A stretch of DNA of 45,169 nucleotides from Flavobacteriaceae bacterium (GTDB lineage: Bacteria > Bacteroidota > Bacteroidia > Flavobacteriales > Flavobacteriaceae): positions 1-45,169 of the forward strand of contig JAMPYA010000001.1 in NCBI GenBank assembly GCA_023700885.1, written 5' to 3'. Below are positions 1 through 9,542 of the stretch, piece by piece (positions within the stretch are counted from its first letter, which is position 1; each line of letters starts with the position of its first letter). A program made the position numbers and the translations under genes. Under the pieces are notes generated by a model. The model was given only the letters and a program-made list of their open reading frames with translations. It was not told where the DNA came from and did no database searches.

Positions 1-2
1 AA

Positions 3-512
3 GTTTCTGAAAGTATTACTCCAGAACTTATTAAGAAAAAAGTGACTATTTTTCACAATTCATTAATTCAAGATTTTGGTATTCCAAAACCAAAAATTGC
101 CATTTTAGGATTGAATCCACATTGTGGAGATAAAGGAGTTATTGGCAATGAAGATGATGAAATTGTAATGCCAACAATTGCTGAAATTCAAAACGAAGGT
201 AAATTTGTATATGGACCTTATTCGGCAGATAGCTTTTTTGGAACTAAACTGTACTCAAAATTTGATGGAGTCTTAGCGATGTATCACGATCAAGGATTAG
301 CACCTTTTAAAACACTTTCCTTTGGCAGAGGTGTAAATTTTAGCGCCGGAATAAATAAAATTAGAACATCACCAGATCATGGTACAGCTTATGAAATTGC
401 TGGGAAAGGATTGGCTGAGGAGACTTCATTTAAAGAAGCTTTATTTGCAGCAATACAAATTTATAATACAAGAACAGAATATTTGTTACTGGTTGAGAAT
501 CGATTAGAATAA
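3..512 (+). CDS. pdxA: 4-hydroxythreonine-4-phosphate dehydrogenase PdxA, C-terminal part (5' end lies outside the window)
   Basis: The frame is open from the window edge. The translation LGLNPHCGDKGVIGNEDDEI...YHDQGLAPFKTLSF...TSPDHGTAYEIAGKG matches the conserved PdxA C-terminal half. The GTG at 42 in the ORF track is internal. Confidence 0.85.
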   Translation, partial: VSESITPELIKKKVTIFHNSLIQDFGIPKPKIAILGLNPHCGDKGVIGNEDDEIVMPTIAEIQNEGKFVYGPYSADSFFGTKLYSKFDGVLAMYHDQGLAPFKTLSFGRGVNFSAGINKIRTSPDHGTAYEIAGKGLAEETSFKEALFAAIQIYNTRTEYLLLVENRLE

Positions 513-562
513 ATTTCTTAAAATTTTAGAAATAGATATTTTTCAATTAGAGTAAATATTTA

Positions 563-570
563 TATCTTTG
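563..570 (+). promoter_or_regulatory. Bacteroidetes-type -7 promoter box TATCTTTG for yceD-rpmF
   Basis: Exact match to TAnnTTTG, 21 nt upstream of the ATG at 592. It overlaps the TTG at 568 that the ORF track used as a start, which argues against that start. Confidence 0.5.
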
Positions 571-591
571 CACGCTCAATTTGATAGCAAG

Positions 592-1116
592 ATGAAAGAG
601 ATGACCCTGTTTACGATTCCTTTTATTGGATTAAAGGAGGGAAAACACCAGTTTGTATATCAAATTGATAAAAAGTTCTTTGAAGCTTTTCAGTACGATG
701 AGTTTAATGATGTTGATATAAAAGTTGATTTATCCTTTGTAAAAAAGGGAACAATGTTAGAATTAGATTTCCAATTTAATGGCATTGTAACCGTTTCTTG
801 TGATATTTCTAATGAGTTGTTCAATCAACCAATAAGTGATGAATTTAAACTCATAGTTAAATTTGGCAATGAATATAATGATGATAGAGATGATATTTTA
901 GTAATTCCACATACAGAATTTCAGTTAAATATATCTCAATATATATATGAGTCCATAATTTTGGCAGTTCCATCAAAAAGAATTCATCCAAATGTTATGG
1001 ATGGTTCATTAAAATCTGAAGTAATTGAAAAGTTAAAAGAGTTAGAGGTAAAAGAAATTAAAATAGAGAATATTGATCCTAGATGGGATAAATTAAAAGA
1101 TTTAAAAAAAACATAA
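592..1116 (+). CDS. yceD: YceD/DUF177 family protein (23S rRNA accumulation protein)
   Basis: Has the acidic DUF177-like sequence and the conserved position immediately upstream of rpmF. Start moved to ATG 592 (MKEMTLF) because the predicted promoter covers 568. Confidence 0.75.
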   Translation: MKEMTLFTIPFIGLKEGKHQFVYQIDKKFFEAFQYDEFNDVDIKVDLSFVKKGTMLELDFQFNGIVTVSCDISNELFNQPISDEFKLIVKFGNEYNDDRDDILVIPHTEFQLNISQYIYESIILAVPSKRIHPNVMDGSLKSEVIEKLKELEVKEIKIENIDPRWDKLKDLKKT

Positions 1117-1128
1117 TACAATATAACG

Positions 1129-1323
1129 ATGGCACATCCTAAGAGAAAAATTTCGAAACAAAGAGGAAGAAAAAGAAGAACTCATTATAAAGCAACTGTT
1201 CCGCAAATTGCAATTGATCCAACAACTGGAGAAGCTCATTTATATCATAGAGCACATTGGCATGAAGGAAAACTATATTATAGAGGTCAAATATTAATTG
1301 ATTCTGAACAAAAAACAGCCTAA
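1129..1323 (+). CDS. rpmF: 50S ribosomal protein L32
   Basis: [21 protein letters not shown] is the canonical L32 N-terminus. Length is 64 aa. Confidence 0.95.
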   Translation: MAHPKRKISKQRGRKRRTHYKATVPQIAIDPTTGEAHLYHRAHWHEGKLYYRGQILIDSEQKTA

Positions 1324-1346
1324 TAAGTTTCTTTATTAAAACTTTT

Positions 1347-1373
1347 AAAACCTCCAGTTTTGGAGGTTTTTTT
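1347..1373 (+). terminator. Rho-independent terminator after rpmF
   Basis: AAAACCTCCA-GTTT-TGGAGGTTTT hairpin followed by a T-run. Confidence 0.8.
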
Positions 1374-1386
1374 GTTTAAAATGATC

Positions 1387-1432
1387 AAAAAATGGCAAAA
1401 AATGATAAAAAAGGATGTTTTTTGAAAAAAAA
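1387..1432. repeat. Phased A/T-tracts (10-11 bp period) upstream of fabH
   Basis: A6 at 1387-1392, 1397-1402 and 1407-1412, T6 at 1418-1423, A8 at 1425-1432. The first three sit in the decamers CAAAAAATGG, CAAAAAATGA, TAAAAAAGGA. Confidence 0.7.
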
Positions 1433-1496
1433 TGCTGAAATTTGACCACTCTAAAAATTGAGAATTTGAAGATAAATTTATAATATAAAACAATCA

Positions 1497-2495
1497 ATGA
1501 AGAAGATTACTGCTGCTATAACTGCTGTTGGAAAATATTTGCCTGAGTATGTTTTGACCAATGAAATTCTTGAAGGAATGGTTGATACAACAAGCGATTG
1601 GATTTTAACAAGAACCGGAATACAAGAAAGAAGAATTTTAAAAGGAGAAGGTAAAGGTTCTTCATATATGGCAATTCGTGCCGGTAAAGATTTGATTGCT
1701 AAAAGTAATTTAGATCCACAAGAAATAGATTTAGTAATTATTGCAACTGCAACACCAGATATGAAAGCCGCATCAACAGCTGCATTTGTAGCAACAGAAA
1801 TAGGCGCAACCAATGCTTTTTCATTTGATTTGGAGTCTGCTTGTTCTAGTTTTTTATATGGAATGTCTGTAGCTGCTACCTATATTGAATCTGGAAAATA
1901 TAAAAAAGTACTATTGATAGGTTCAGATATGAATTCCTCCTTTATAGATTATACCGATAGAAAAACTTGTATCATTTTTGGGGATGGAGCCGGAGCTGTA
2001 CTTTTTGAACCCAATAATGAAGGCTATGGCTTAATTGATGAATATTTAAGAACAGACGGAAGTGGAAGAGATTTTCTTAAAGTAGAAGCAGGAGGTTCAT
2101 TATATCCTCCAACCCATGAAACTATAGATCAAAAGAAACATTTTGTTCATCAAGAAGGAAAAACAGTCTTTAAATATGCGGTTTCCAATATGGCAGATTC
2201 AGCCGAAAAATTATTAGTACGCAACAATCTTGTTAAAGATGAAATAGATTGGTTAGTGGCGCATCAAGCTAATAAAAGAATTATTGATGCAACTGCATCT
2301 AGATTTGATTTGGATGAATCAAAAGTAATGATGAATATTCAAAAATATGGAAATACAACATCAGCAACTTTACCGTTGTTGTTGAACGATTATGAAAACC
2401 AATTAAAAAAAGGTGATAAATTAATTTTTGCCGCTTTTGGTGGTGGATTCTCTTGGGGAGCAATCTACTTAACCTGGGCATACAATAAAAACTAA
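1497..2495 (+). CDS. fabH: 3-oxoacyl-ACP synthase III (KAS III)
   Basis: 332 aa with the active-site context ACSSFLYG, plus HQANKRI and GNTSATLPL, typical of FabH. Confidence 0.93.
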   Translation: MKKITAAITAVGKYLPEYVLTNEILEGMVDTTSDWILTRTGIQERRILKGEGKGSSYMAIRAGKDLIAKSNLDPQEIDLVIIATATPDMKAASTAAFVATEIGATNAFSFDLESACSSFLYGMSVAATYIESGKYKKVLLIGSDMNSSFIDYTDRKTCIIFGDGAGAVLFEPNNEGYGLIDEYLRTDGSGRDFLKVEAGGSLYPPTHETIDQKKHFVHQEGKTVFKYAVSNMADSAEKLLVRNNLVKDEIDWLVAHQANKRIIDATASRFDLDESKVMMNIQKYGNTTSATLPLLLNDYENQLKKGDKLIFAAFGGGFSWGAIYLTWAYNKN

Positions 2496-2519
2496 ATAAC
2501 TAATTTAAACTTGAGAAAA

Positions 2520-3005
2520 ATGGATTTAAAAGAAATTCAAAATTTAATTAAGTTCGTGGCTAAATCAGGAGCAAGCGAAGTAAAACTTGAGATGGAAGAC
2601 ATTAAGATTACGATTAAAACGGGTCCCGGTTATGTAGATACATCAATGATTCAAACTGGTCAATTTCAACAATTCCCGGTTCAAACATCTTTTTCCCATC
2701 AAATGATGCCAAGTGTTGAGTCACCGGTTGTAAAATCAGTTGAAACTCCATCTGAAGATTCAAATTTAATTACAATAACATCTCCAATTATTGGTACACT
2801 TTACAGAAAACCAGCACCAGATAAACCTAATTTTGTTGAAGTAGGTGATATGGTACAAAAAGGAAAAGTTGTTTGTATAATTGAAGCGATGAAATTATTT
2901 AATGAAATTGAATCAGAAGTTTCTGGTAAAATTGTTAAGATTTTAGTTGATGATATAACTCCTGTAGAATTTGGACAACCATTATTTTTAGTTGAGCCAG
3001 TTTAG
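2520..3005 (+). CDS. accB: Acetyl-CoA carboxylase biotin carboxyl carrier protein
   Basis: C-terminal biotinyl motif [13 protein letters not shown] and its position upstream of accC. ATG 2520 preferred over TTG 2511. Confidence 0.92.
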   Translation: MDLKEIQNLIKFVAKSGASEVKLEMEDIKITIKTGPGYVDTSMIQTGQFQQFPVQTSFSHQMMPSVESPVVKSVETPSEDSNLITITSPIIGTLYRKPAPDKPNFVEVGDMVQKGKVVCIIEAMKLFNEIESEVSGKIVKILVDDITPVEFGQPLFLVEPV

Positions 3006-3032
3006 TATTATTTAAATATAAAAACAGTAATT

Positions 3033-4373
3033 ATGTTTAAAAAAATATTAATTGCCAATAGAGGCGAAATAGCTTTGCGAATTATACGTACTTGCAGAGA
3101 AATGGGAATCAAAACAGTTGCCGTTTACTCAACAGCAGATGCAGAAAGTTTGCATGTTAAATTTGCCGATGAAGCTGTTTGTATAGGTCCGCCACCAAGT
3201 TCTTTATCTTATTTGAAGATGTCTAATATATTAGCTGCAGCTGAAATAACTAACGCAGATGCTATACATCCAGGTTATGGATTTTTATCTGAAAACGCAA
3301 AATTTTCAAAACTTTGTGAGGACTATAAAATAAAATTCATAGGTGCTTCTCCAGATATGATTGCCAAAATGGGTGATAAGGCTACGGCAAAGGCAACTAT
3401 GATTGCTGCTGGCGTTCCTGTAATTCCAGGTTCAGAAGGTTTATTAGAATCATATGAACAAGCTGAAAAAATAGCTGAAGTAGTTGGTTATCCTGTTATG
3501 TTAAAAGCAACAGCTGGTGGAGGCGGAAAAGGAATGCGTGCTGTTTGGAAAAAGGAAAACCTTAAAGATGCTTTAGAGAGTGCCATGTTAGAAGCAAAAG
3601 CATCCTTTGGTAATGACGGTATGTACATGGAAAAACTAATTGAAGAGCCAAGACATATTGAAATTCAGGTTGTGGGCGATCAATATGGAACTGCTTGTCA
3701 TTTATCTGAAAGAGATTGCTCAATTCAACGTCGTCATCAAAAACTAACAGAAGAAACACCTTCTCCATTTATGACTCCACAATTGAGAAAAAAAATGGGA
3801 GAAGCTGCTGTTAAAGCAGTTGAAAATATCCGTTATGAAGGAGTTGGGACAATTGAATTCTTAGTTGATAAACACAAGAATTTCTATTTTATGGAAATGA
3901 ATACACGTATTCAAGTTGAACATCCAATTACTGAACAAGTTATTGATTATGATTTAATACGTGAGCAAATAAAAGTAGCTGCTGGAATTCCAATTTCCGG
4001 GAAAAATTATTTTCCAAATTTACATTCAATAGAATGTAGAATAAATGCAGAAGATCCCTATAATGATTTTAGACCATCACCAGGTAAAATTACAACACTG
4101 CACGCTCCGGGAGGTCATGGAATAAGAATTGATACCCATGTTTATTCCAATTATACAATTCCGCCAAACTACGACTCAATGATTGCAAAGTTGATAACAA
4201 CTGCGCAAACTAGGGAAGAAGCAATTAACAAAATGAGAAGAGCTTTAGATGAATTTGTTATTGAAGGAATTAAAACAACGATACCTTTTCACCGTCAATT
4301 AATGGATAACCCAGACTATTTGGCAGGAAATTATACAACCAAATTTATGGAGTCATTTAAGATGGAAGAATAA
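3033..4373 (+). CDS. accC: Acetyl-CoA carboxylase biotin carboxylase subunit
   Basis: 446 aa. [26 protein letters not shown], the ATP-grasp loop GGGGKGMR, and [14 protein letters not shown]. Confidence 0.96.
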   Translation: MFKKILIANRGEIALRIIRTCREMGIKTVAVYSTADAESLHVKFADEAVCIGPPPSSLSYLKMSNILAAAEITNADAIHPGYGFLSENAKFSKLCEDYKIKFIGASPDMIAKMGDKATAKATMIAAGVPVIPGSEGLLESYEQAEKIAEVVGYPVMLKATAGGGGKGMRAVWKKENLKDALESAMLEAKASFGNDGMYMEKLIEEPRHIEIQVVGDQYGTACHLSERDCSIQRRHQKLTEETPSPFMTPQLRKKMGEAAVKAVENIRYEGVGTIEFLVDKHKNFYFMEMNTRIQVEHPITEQVIDYDLIREQIKVAAGIPISGKNYFPNLHSIECRINAEDPYNDFRPSPGKITTLHAPGGHGIRIDTHVYSNYTIPPNYDSMIAKLITTAQTREEAINKMRRALDEFVIEGIKTTIPFHRQLMDNPDYLAGNYTTKFMESFKMEE

Positions 4374-4399
4374 TTTAATTTCATATTTTAATAAAAATG

Positions 4400-4432
4400 A
4401 AGGATATGGCTTGACATATCCTTTATTTTTTT
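4400..4432 (+). terminator. Rho-independent terminator after accC
   Basis: AAGGATAT-GGCTTGAC-ATATCCTT hairpin followed by TATTTTTTT. Confidence 0.75.
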
Positions 4433-4459
4433 ATATTTACTTATAATTTCACAGATTTA

Positions 4460-4921
4460 ATGGGTAAAGAGTTACATATTGATGGAATTGACAAAATAAT
4501 ATTAAGGCATCTTACAGAAGATGCCCGAACTCCCATTCTAAAAATTTCACGAGAAATAGGCATTTCGGGTGCTGCTATTCACCAAAGACTTAATAAATTA
4601 GAAGAAAGCGGATTATTTGATGGTTCTAAATTTATCCTTAACAATAAAACGCTTGGTTACAACACTTTGGCTTTTATTGGTATTTATCTAAATTCTTCTG
4701 ATCAATATAAATCTGTAATTAGGAAACTAAAAGAAGTTCCAGAAGTGATTGAGAGTCACTATACTACCGGAAATTACGGTATTTTTATAAAAGTTTTAAG
4801 CAAGGATAATGAACATTTAATGGAGCTGCTAAGCAAAAAAATTCAAGCTATAGAAGGGGTTTCTAGAACAGAAACATTTATTTCTCTCGATCAAGAAATA
4901 CATCGCCAAATACAGATATAA
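4460..4921 (+). CDS. Lrp/AsnC family transcriptional regulator
   Basis: 153 aa. N-terminal HTH (DKIILRHLTEDARTPILKISREIGISGAAIHQRLNKLEESG) followed by an AsnC/RAM-type C-terminal domain. Confidence 0.85.
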   Translation: MGKELHIDGIDKIILRHLTEDARTPILKISREIGISGAAIHQRLNKLEESGLFDGSKFILNNKTLGYNTLAFIGIYLNSSDQYKSVIRKLKEVPEVIESHYTTGNYGIFIKVLSKDNEHLMELLSKKIQAIEGVSRTETFISLDQEIHRQIQI

Positions 4922-4922
4922 T

Positions 4923-4950
4923 AAAAAATCCCGCCTTACGGGATTTTTTT
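4923..4950. terminator. Bidirectional terminator between the convergent Lrp-family and zinc peptidase genes
   Basis: AAAAAATCCCG-CCTTA-CGGGATTTTTTT, with an A-run on one side and a T-run on the other. Confidence 0.8.
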
Positions 4951-4977
4951 GTTCTATAATAAATGTTATGACTGACC

Positions 4978-5655
4978 TTATCTTCTATTCATATAAATCA
5001 TGATATAGTATAAAAGTGTAACTAAAGCACCCACAGCTGCTACAACATAAGTTCTTGCTGCCCAGCTTAACGCATCTTTTGCCCCAGCTTGTTCATCTTG
5101 AGTCAACATATTTTTATTGTGTAACCAAGCTAATGCTCTATTACTTGCATCATATTCTACAGGTAATGTAACAAAACTAAATATTACTGTCGATGCAAAT
5201 AAAACAATTCCAATAGGTAATAAAAAAGGAAATGAATTTACAAGTAAAATTCCGGCCATAATAACCCATTGAGCTAGTTGACCAGAAACTTGAACCATTG
5301 GAACCATTTTTGATCTAAACTGAAGCCATTCATACCCAATTGCGTGTTGAACAGCGTGTCCACATTCGTGAGCAGCAACTGCTGCAGCAGCGGCATTTCT
5401 TTCTAAATAAACAGCTTCGCTTAAATTAACAGTTTTATTTAAAGGGTTATAATGATCTGTTAATCTTCCGGCAACAGAAATTACTTTTACATCATAAATA
5501 CCATTGTCATGTAACATTTTTTCAGCAATTTCTTTTCCAGATAATCCATTTCTCAAAGTTAACTTTGAGTATTGTTTAAATTTACTCTTCAATTTCCATT
5601 GAACTAAGCCACCCACAAGTGCAATCAGTCCTAAAATAACATATCCAAAAATCAT
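4978..5655 (-). CDS. Membrane zinc metallopeptidase (Zn_peptidase_2-like)
   Basis: 225 aa with an N-terminal TM segment, the HExxH motif in AAHECGHAVQH, and C-terminal TM segments. Confidence 0.8.
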   Translation of the reverse strand: MIFGYVILGLIALVGGLVQWKLKSKFKQYSKLTLRNGLSGKEIAEKMLHDNGIYDVKVISVAGRLTDHYNPLNKTVNLSEAVYLERNAAAAAVAAHECGHAVQHAIGYEWLQFRSKMVPMVQVSGQLAQWVIMAGILLVNSFPFLLPIGIVLFASTVIFSFVTLPVEYDASNRALAWLHNKNMLTQDEQAGAKDALSWAARTYVVAAVGALVTLLYYIMIYMNRR

Positions 5656-5676
5656 ATAATAAGGGTTTAAGTTTTA

Positions 5677-5684
5677 CAAATATA
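5677..5684 (-). promoter_or_regulatory. -7 promoter box TATATTTG for the zinc peptidase gene
   Basis: Exact TAnnTTTG on the minus strand, 21 nt upstream of ATG 5655. Confidence 0.45.
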
Positions 5685-5755
5685 ATTAAAATTCGAATTA
5701 AAATAATTTGATACATTTACATCATAAATTATTCCAAATTTTAATGTAAGACAAT

Positions 5756-6784
5756 ATGTCAAAAATTACACATATCCTTATTATATATACTGGAGGTACC
5801 ATAGGGATGGTTAAAGATTATAAAACCAATGCCCTTAAAGCTTTTGATTTTGATAATTTAAAGAAAAATATTCCTGAGTTAAATCTTATAAACTCTAAAA
5901 TTGATACTATTTCATTTGATGAGCCGTTAGATTCTTCTAATATCCAACCAAATGATTGGGTAAAAATTGCTACTATTATTGAAGAAAATTATAATTCATA
6001 TGATGGATTTGTAGTATTGCACGGTTCTGACACCATGTCTTACACCGCTTCAGCCATCAGTTTTATGTTTGAAAACCTTAGTAAACCAATAATATTTACA
6101 GGTTCTCAATTGCCAATAGGTGATTTACGTACAGATGCAAAAGAAAATTTAATTACTTCTATTCAAATTGCTTCTTCACAAATTGATGGTAAACCTATTA
6201 TTTCTGAAGTATGTCTTTATTTTGAGTATAAATTATACAGAGCAAATAGAACAACTAAAATTAACTCTGAACACTTTGAGGCTTTTACATCTCCAAATTA
6301 TCCGGCTTTAGCAGAAAGTGGGGTACATTTAAAATTTAATAATGATTTATTGTTAAAGCCTATCAATAATGATAAGTTAATTGTAAGGAAAGAACTAAAT
6401 AACAATATTACTATTATTAAGATATTTCCAGGGATAACTAAAAATGTAATTGAAAGCATATTAAACATAAAAGGTTTAAAAGGAGTAATACTCGAAACCT
6501 ATGGTTCAGGTAATGCCCCAACTACTGATTGGTTTTTAACCTTGTTGAAAAAAGCAATATCAAATGGAATTCATATTATAGATGTAACTCAGTGTATAGG
6601 TGGAAGTGTTATTTTAGGTCAATATGAAACGAGTGTTAAGTTGAAAGAGTTAGGATTGATTAATGGTTTTGATATAACAACAGAATCTGCAGTTGCAAAA
6701 ATGATGTATCTATTGGGATTAAATCTTTCAGATCAAGAATTTAGAGAATTATTTATGAAATCTTTAAGAGGAGAACTAGATTAA
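5756..6784 (+). CDS. ansA: Type I (cytoplasmic) L-asparaginase
   Basis: 342 aa. Has ILIIYTGGTIGM (catalytic TGGTIG), HGSDTMSYTAS, and no signal peptide. Confidence 0.9.
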   Translation: MSKITHILIIYTGGTIGMVKDYKTNALKAFDFDNLKKNIPELNLINSKIDTISFDEPLDSSNIQPNDWVKIATIIEENYNSYDGFVVLHGSDTMSYTASAISFMFENLSKPIIFTGSQLPIGDLRTDAKENLITSIQIASSQIDGKPIISEVCLYFEYKLYRANRTTKINSEHFEAFTSPNYPALAESGVHLKFNNDLLLKPINNDKLIVRKELNNNITIIKIFPGITKNVIESILNIKGLKGVILETYGSGNAPTTDWFLTLLKKAISNGIHIIDVTQCIGGSVILGQYETSVKLKELGLINGFDITTESAVAKMMYLLGLNLSDQEFRELFMKSLRGELD

Positions 6785-6961
6785 TTTTTTTAAAACTGAT
6801 TAAAAATATTTCGAAATTTTTACCAAATTGAACTTGTTATTGAATTATTAATGAAATTTTAAGGAAGATAACTGCCTCATATTGAAATATTAATAAAATA
6901 AAAATAAATTTTCTCAACTCAACTATTTTTTGTTACTTGCCACTCGCAAAAATGGTTGCTT

Positions 6962-7048
6962 GGAGAGGTGGCCGAGTGGTTGAAGGCGCACGCTTGGAAA
7001 GCGTGTTTATGAGAAATTGTAACAAGGGTTCGAATCCCTTTCTCTCCG
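6962..7048 (+). tRNA. tRNA-Ser (anticodon GGA)
   Basis: Hand-folded. Acceptor GGAGAGG/TCTCTCC (one G-U pair), D-arm GCCGAGTGGTTGAAGGC, anticodon stem CACGC/GCGTG with loop TTGGAAA, a long variable arm, and T-arm AAGGGTTCGAATCCCTT. CCA is not encoded. Confidence 0.9.
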
Positions 7049-7118
7049 CAGAAGCGTCGTAATTGCAAAAAAAATATTATATTTAACCCGTAAACTATTA
7101 ATAATTAATTATTACAAA

Positions 7119-7871
7119 ATGAAAAGAGTATTTACTATCCTAGCAATCACTGGATTATTGTTTTTAGGAACAACTCAGAACACGTTTGCCCAAGAAGAAG
7201 CGCAAACAACAGAACAAGTTGCAGCAACTACAGATGCTGAACCAACATTTCACCAAAATTTAAAGCAACGTTTTATTGAAGGTGGACCATTCTTTATGGG
7301 AATTGTATTACTATCGTTAGTGTTAGGATTAGCAATTGCTATTGAGAGAATTATTTACTTAAATATGGCTTCAACTAACACAAAAAAATTAGTTGATTCC
7401 GTTGAAGTTGCATTAAATTCTGGAGGTGTTGAAGCTGCAAAAGATGTTTGTAGAAACACAAGAGGTCCAGTTGCATCTATTTTCTATCAAGGATTAGACA
7501 GAATGGACGAAGGTGTAGAAGCAGCCGAAAAAGCCGTTGTTGGATACGGTGGAGTTCAAATGGGATTATTAGAAAAAAACATTTCTTGGTTATCTTTATT
7601 TATTGCCCTTGCACCAATGTTAGGGTTCTTAGGTACTGTAATTGGTATGATTGATGCATTTGACTCAATTCAAGCAGCTGGTGATATTTCTCCAACGGTA
7701 GTAGCTGCAGGTATTAAAGTAGCCTTATTAACAACCGTTTTTGGTCTAGTTGTTGCTATGATTCTTCAATTATTTTATAACTATATAATTGCTAAAGTTG
7801 ATAGTATAGTTAATGGAATGGAAGATGCATCTATTTTATTAGTAGATCTTTTAATAAGACACAAAAAATAA
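7119..7871 (+). CDS. exbB: MotA/TolQ/ExbB proton-channel family protein
   Basis: 250 aa with a signal peptide, three TM segments and the conserved LAPMLGFLGTVIGMIDAF motif. Confidence 0.9.
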   Translation: MKRVFTILAITGLLFLGTTQNTFAQEEAQTTEQVAATTDAEPTFHQNLKQRFIEGGPFFMGIVLLSLVLGLAIAIERIIYLNMASTNTKKLVDSVEVALNSGGVEAAKDVCRNTRGPVASIFYQGLDRMDEGVEAAEKAVVGYGGVQMGLLEKNISWLSLFIALAPMLGFLGTVIGMIDAFDSIQAAGDISPTVVAAGIKVALLTTVFGLVVAMILQLFYNYIIAKVDSIVNGMEDASILLVDLLIRHKK

Positions 7872-7880
7872 AAAATTATC

Positions 7881-8336
7881 ATGAACGAAAAATCGTCTAA
7901 AATATTAATGTATGTGGCAGGCGCTATAGGTCTTATATCTATTATATTTCTTGCAAGAATTGTAATAGCTGGTGATGATGCTATAATGGCATCAGCAGAA
8001 GTGCAAAATAGCGTTGTAACTCCTTTCATTATATTTTCAATAATCATATTAATACTAACCGCAGTTATTACCTTTATATTTTCAGGATATAATCTTGTTC
8101 AACATCCAGAAAGTGCTAAAAAGACCTTAATGGGAGTTGGCGTGTTAGTGGGCTTATTACTTATTACTTATTTTGTTTCACCTAATTCTGAAGTATTAGA
8201 TTTAACAGGAAAAGTACTAATGGAAGAATCAAGTACATCTCAATTAATAAGTGCTGGAATCAGTTATAGTTTCCTTTTAGGAACAATCGGAATAGGCTTC
8301 TTTTTATGGGATTTTGTAAAATCAATGATTAAATAA
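7881..8336 (+). CDS. Four-TM membrane protein of unknown function embedded in the exbB-exbD cluster
   Basis: 151 aa with four hydrophobic segments and no recognisable motif. Tightly spaced (9 nt after exbB, 5 nt before exbD). Confidence 0.6.
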   Translation: MNEKSSKILMYVAGAIGLISIIFLARIVIAGDDAIMASAEVQNSVVTPFIIFSIIILILTAVITFIFSGYNLVQHPESAKKTLMGVGVLVGLLLITYFVSPNSEVLDLTGKVLMEESSTSQLISAGISYSFLLGTIGIGFFLWDFVKSMIK

Positions 8337-8341
8337 TTCAT

Positions 8342-8947
8342 ATGGCAAGAAGAGAAAACCCTGAAATTAACGCCGGCTCAATGGCCGACATTGCGTTCTT
8401 ACTATTGATATTTTTCTTAGTAACAACTACAATGGATGTTGATTCGGGTATTGCGAGAAAATTACCTGAGAAACCGCCACCAGGATATGTGCCACCAGTT
8501 TTAAAAGAGAAAAACGTTTTTGAGGTAAACATCAATAGAAACAATCAATTTTTGGTTGAAGGCGAATATTTAAATATCGACCAAATAAAAGATGCTGCTA
8601 AAAAGTTTATCAATAATGGTGGAGGAACAAATGAAGTAGGTGAAGAGTGTACTTGGTGTACTGGTGAAAGAGACCCAAGATCTTCTGATCACCCTTCAAA
8701 AGCAATTATTTCAATCCAAAGTGATAGAGCAACTAATTACGGTCCATTTATAGCCGTTCAAAATGAATTAGAGGCTGCTTATACTGAGTTAAGAGATGAA
8801 TTAGGTTTAAAACTGTATGGAAAATCTTTTACAGCTTTGGTGAAAGAATTGCAGAATGATAAAAAAAATGAAGAGTTAAAAGAAAAGGTTGAGAATATTA
8901 AAAATAAATATCCTCAAATTATTTCTGAAGCCGAACCAACAAACTAA
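8342..8947 (+). CDS. exbD: Biopolymer transporter ExbD/TolR family, long form
   Basis: N-terminal INAGSMADIAFLLLIFFLVTTT is the ExbD TM signature. The extended periplasmic domain contains ECTWCTGERDPRSSDHP. Confidence 0.88.
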   Translation: MARRENPEINAGSMADIAFLLLIFFLVTTTMDVDSGIARKLPEKPPPGYVPPVLKEKNVFEVNINRNNQFLVEGEYLNIDQIKDAAKKFINNGGGTNEVGEECTWCTGERDPRSSDHPSKAIISIQSDRATNYGPFIAVQNELEAAYTELRDELGLKLYGKSFTALVKELQNDKKNEELKEKVENIKNKYPQIISEAEPTN

Positions 8948-8958
8948 TAAAGATAGAT

Positions 8959-9432
8959 ATGTCTAAATTTAGAAAGAATAAAAAAGGGTTACCAGCGATA
9001 TCTACAGCTTCATTGCCAGATATTGTATTTATGCTACTTTTCTTCTTCATGGTATCTACAACAATGAGAGAAACGGATTTATTAATTAAAAAACCGTTTT
9101 TACCTAGTGCCAAAGAAGTTAAAAAATTAGAGCAGAAAAGTTTGGTAAGTACTATCTACGTTGGTAAAGCAAAAGATAGTAAGTATGGTGCCGGTGATAA
9201 AATTCAGTTAAATGATAAACTTGCAACTGTTAAAGATGTTAGAGCATTTATTTACTCTGAAAGAGCTAAGCACAATGAAGATGAAGTTCCTTATATGACA
9301 GTATCTATCAAAGCAGATATTAATTCATATGTAGGTACTATTACTGATATCAAAAAAGAATTAAGGGATATTAATGCACTAAAAATTAGTTACTCTAGTA
9401 AAGCGGGTGACATTAAAGATAATTTTAAGTAG
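8959..9432 (+). CDS. exbD: Biopolymer transporter ExbD/TolR family, short paralog
   Basis: 157 aa. STASLPDIVFMLLFFFMVSTTM is the ExbD TM signature. Confidence 0.88.
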   Translation: MSKFRKNKKGLPAISTASLPDIVFMLLFFFMVSTTMRETDLLIKKPFLPSAKEVKKLEQKSLVSTIYVGKAKDSKYGAGDKIQLNDKLATVKDVRAFIYSERAKHNEDEVPYMTVSIKADINSYVGTITDIKKELRDINALKISYSSKAGDIKDNFK

Positions 9433-9457
9433 ATAATATTTTAATTGTATATAGTTT

Positions 9458-9487
9458 AAAAAGGCAATCATTAGGTTGCCTTTTTTT
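9458..9487 (+). terminator. Rho-independent terminator after the second exbD
   Basis: AAGGCAA-TCATTAGG-TTGCCTT followed by T7. Confidence 0.8.
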
Positions 9488-9542
9488 ATTAATTTAGTAG
9501 AATGAAATATTTACTTTTTCTATTATTATCAAAAAAGATTAA

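Noticed and set aside
568-591. The TTG start at 568 for the YceD-family ORF, and similarly TTG 2511 (accB), TTG 32141 (rimP), GTG 39686 (actA), TTG 41207 (actB), ATG 39613 (SPOR gene) and GTG 42 (pdxA).
   Set aside because: These are simply the longest-ORF starts. Downstream ATGs give the conserved N-termini, and in several cases the upstream codon falls inside or before the predicted promoter box. pdxA continues upstream of the window.
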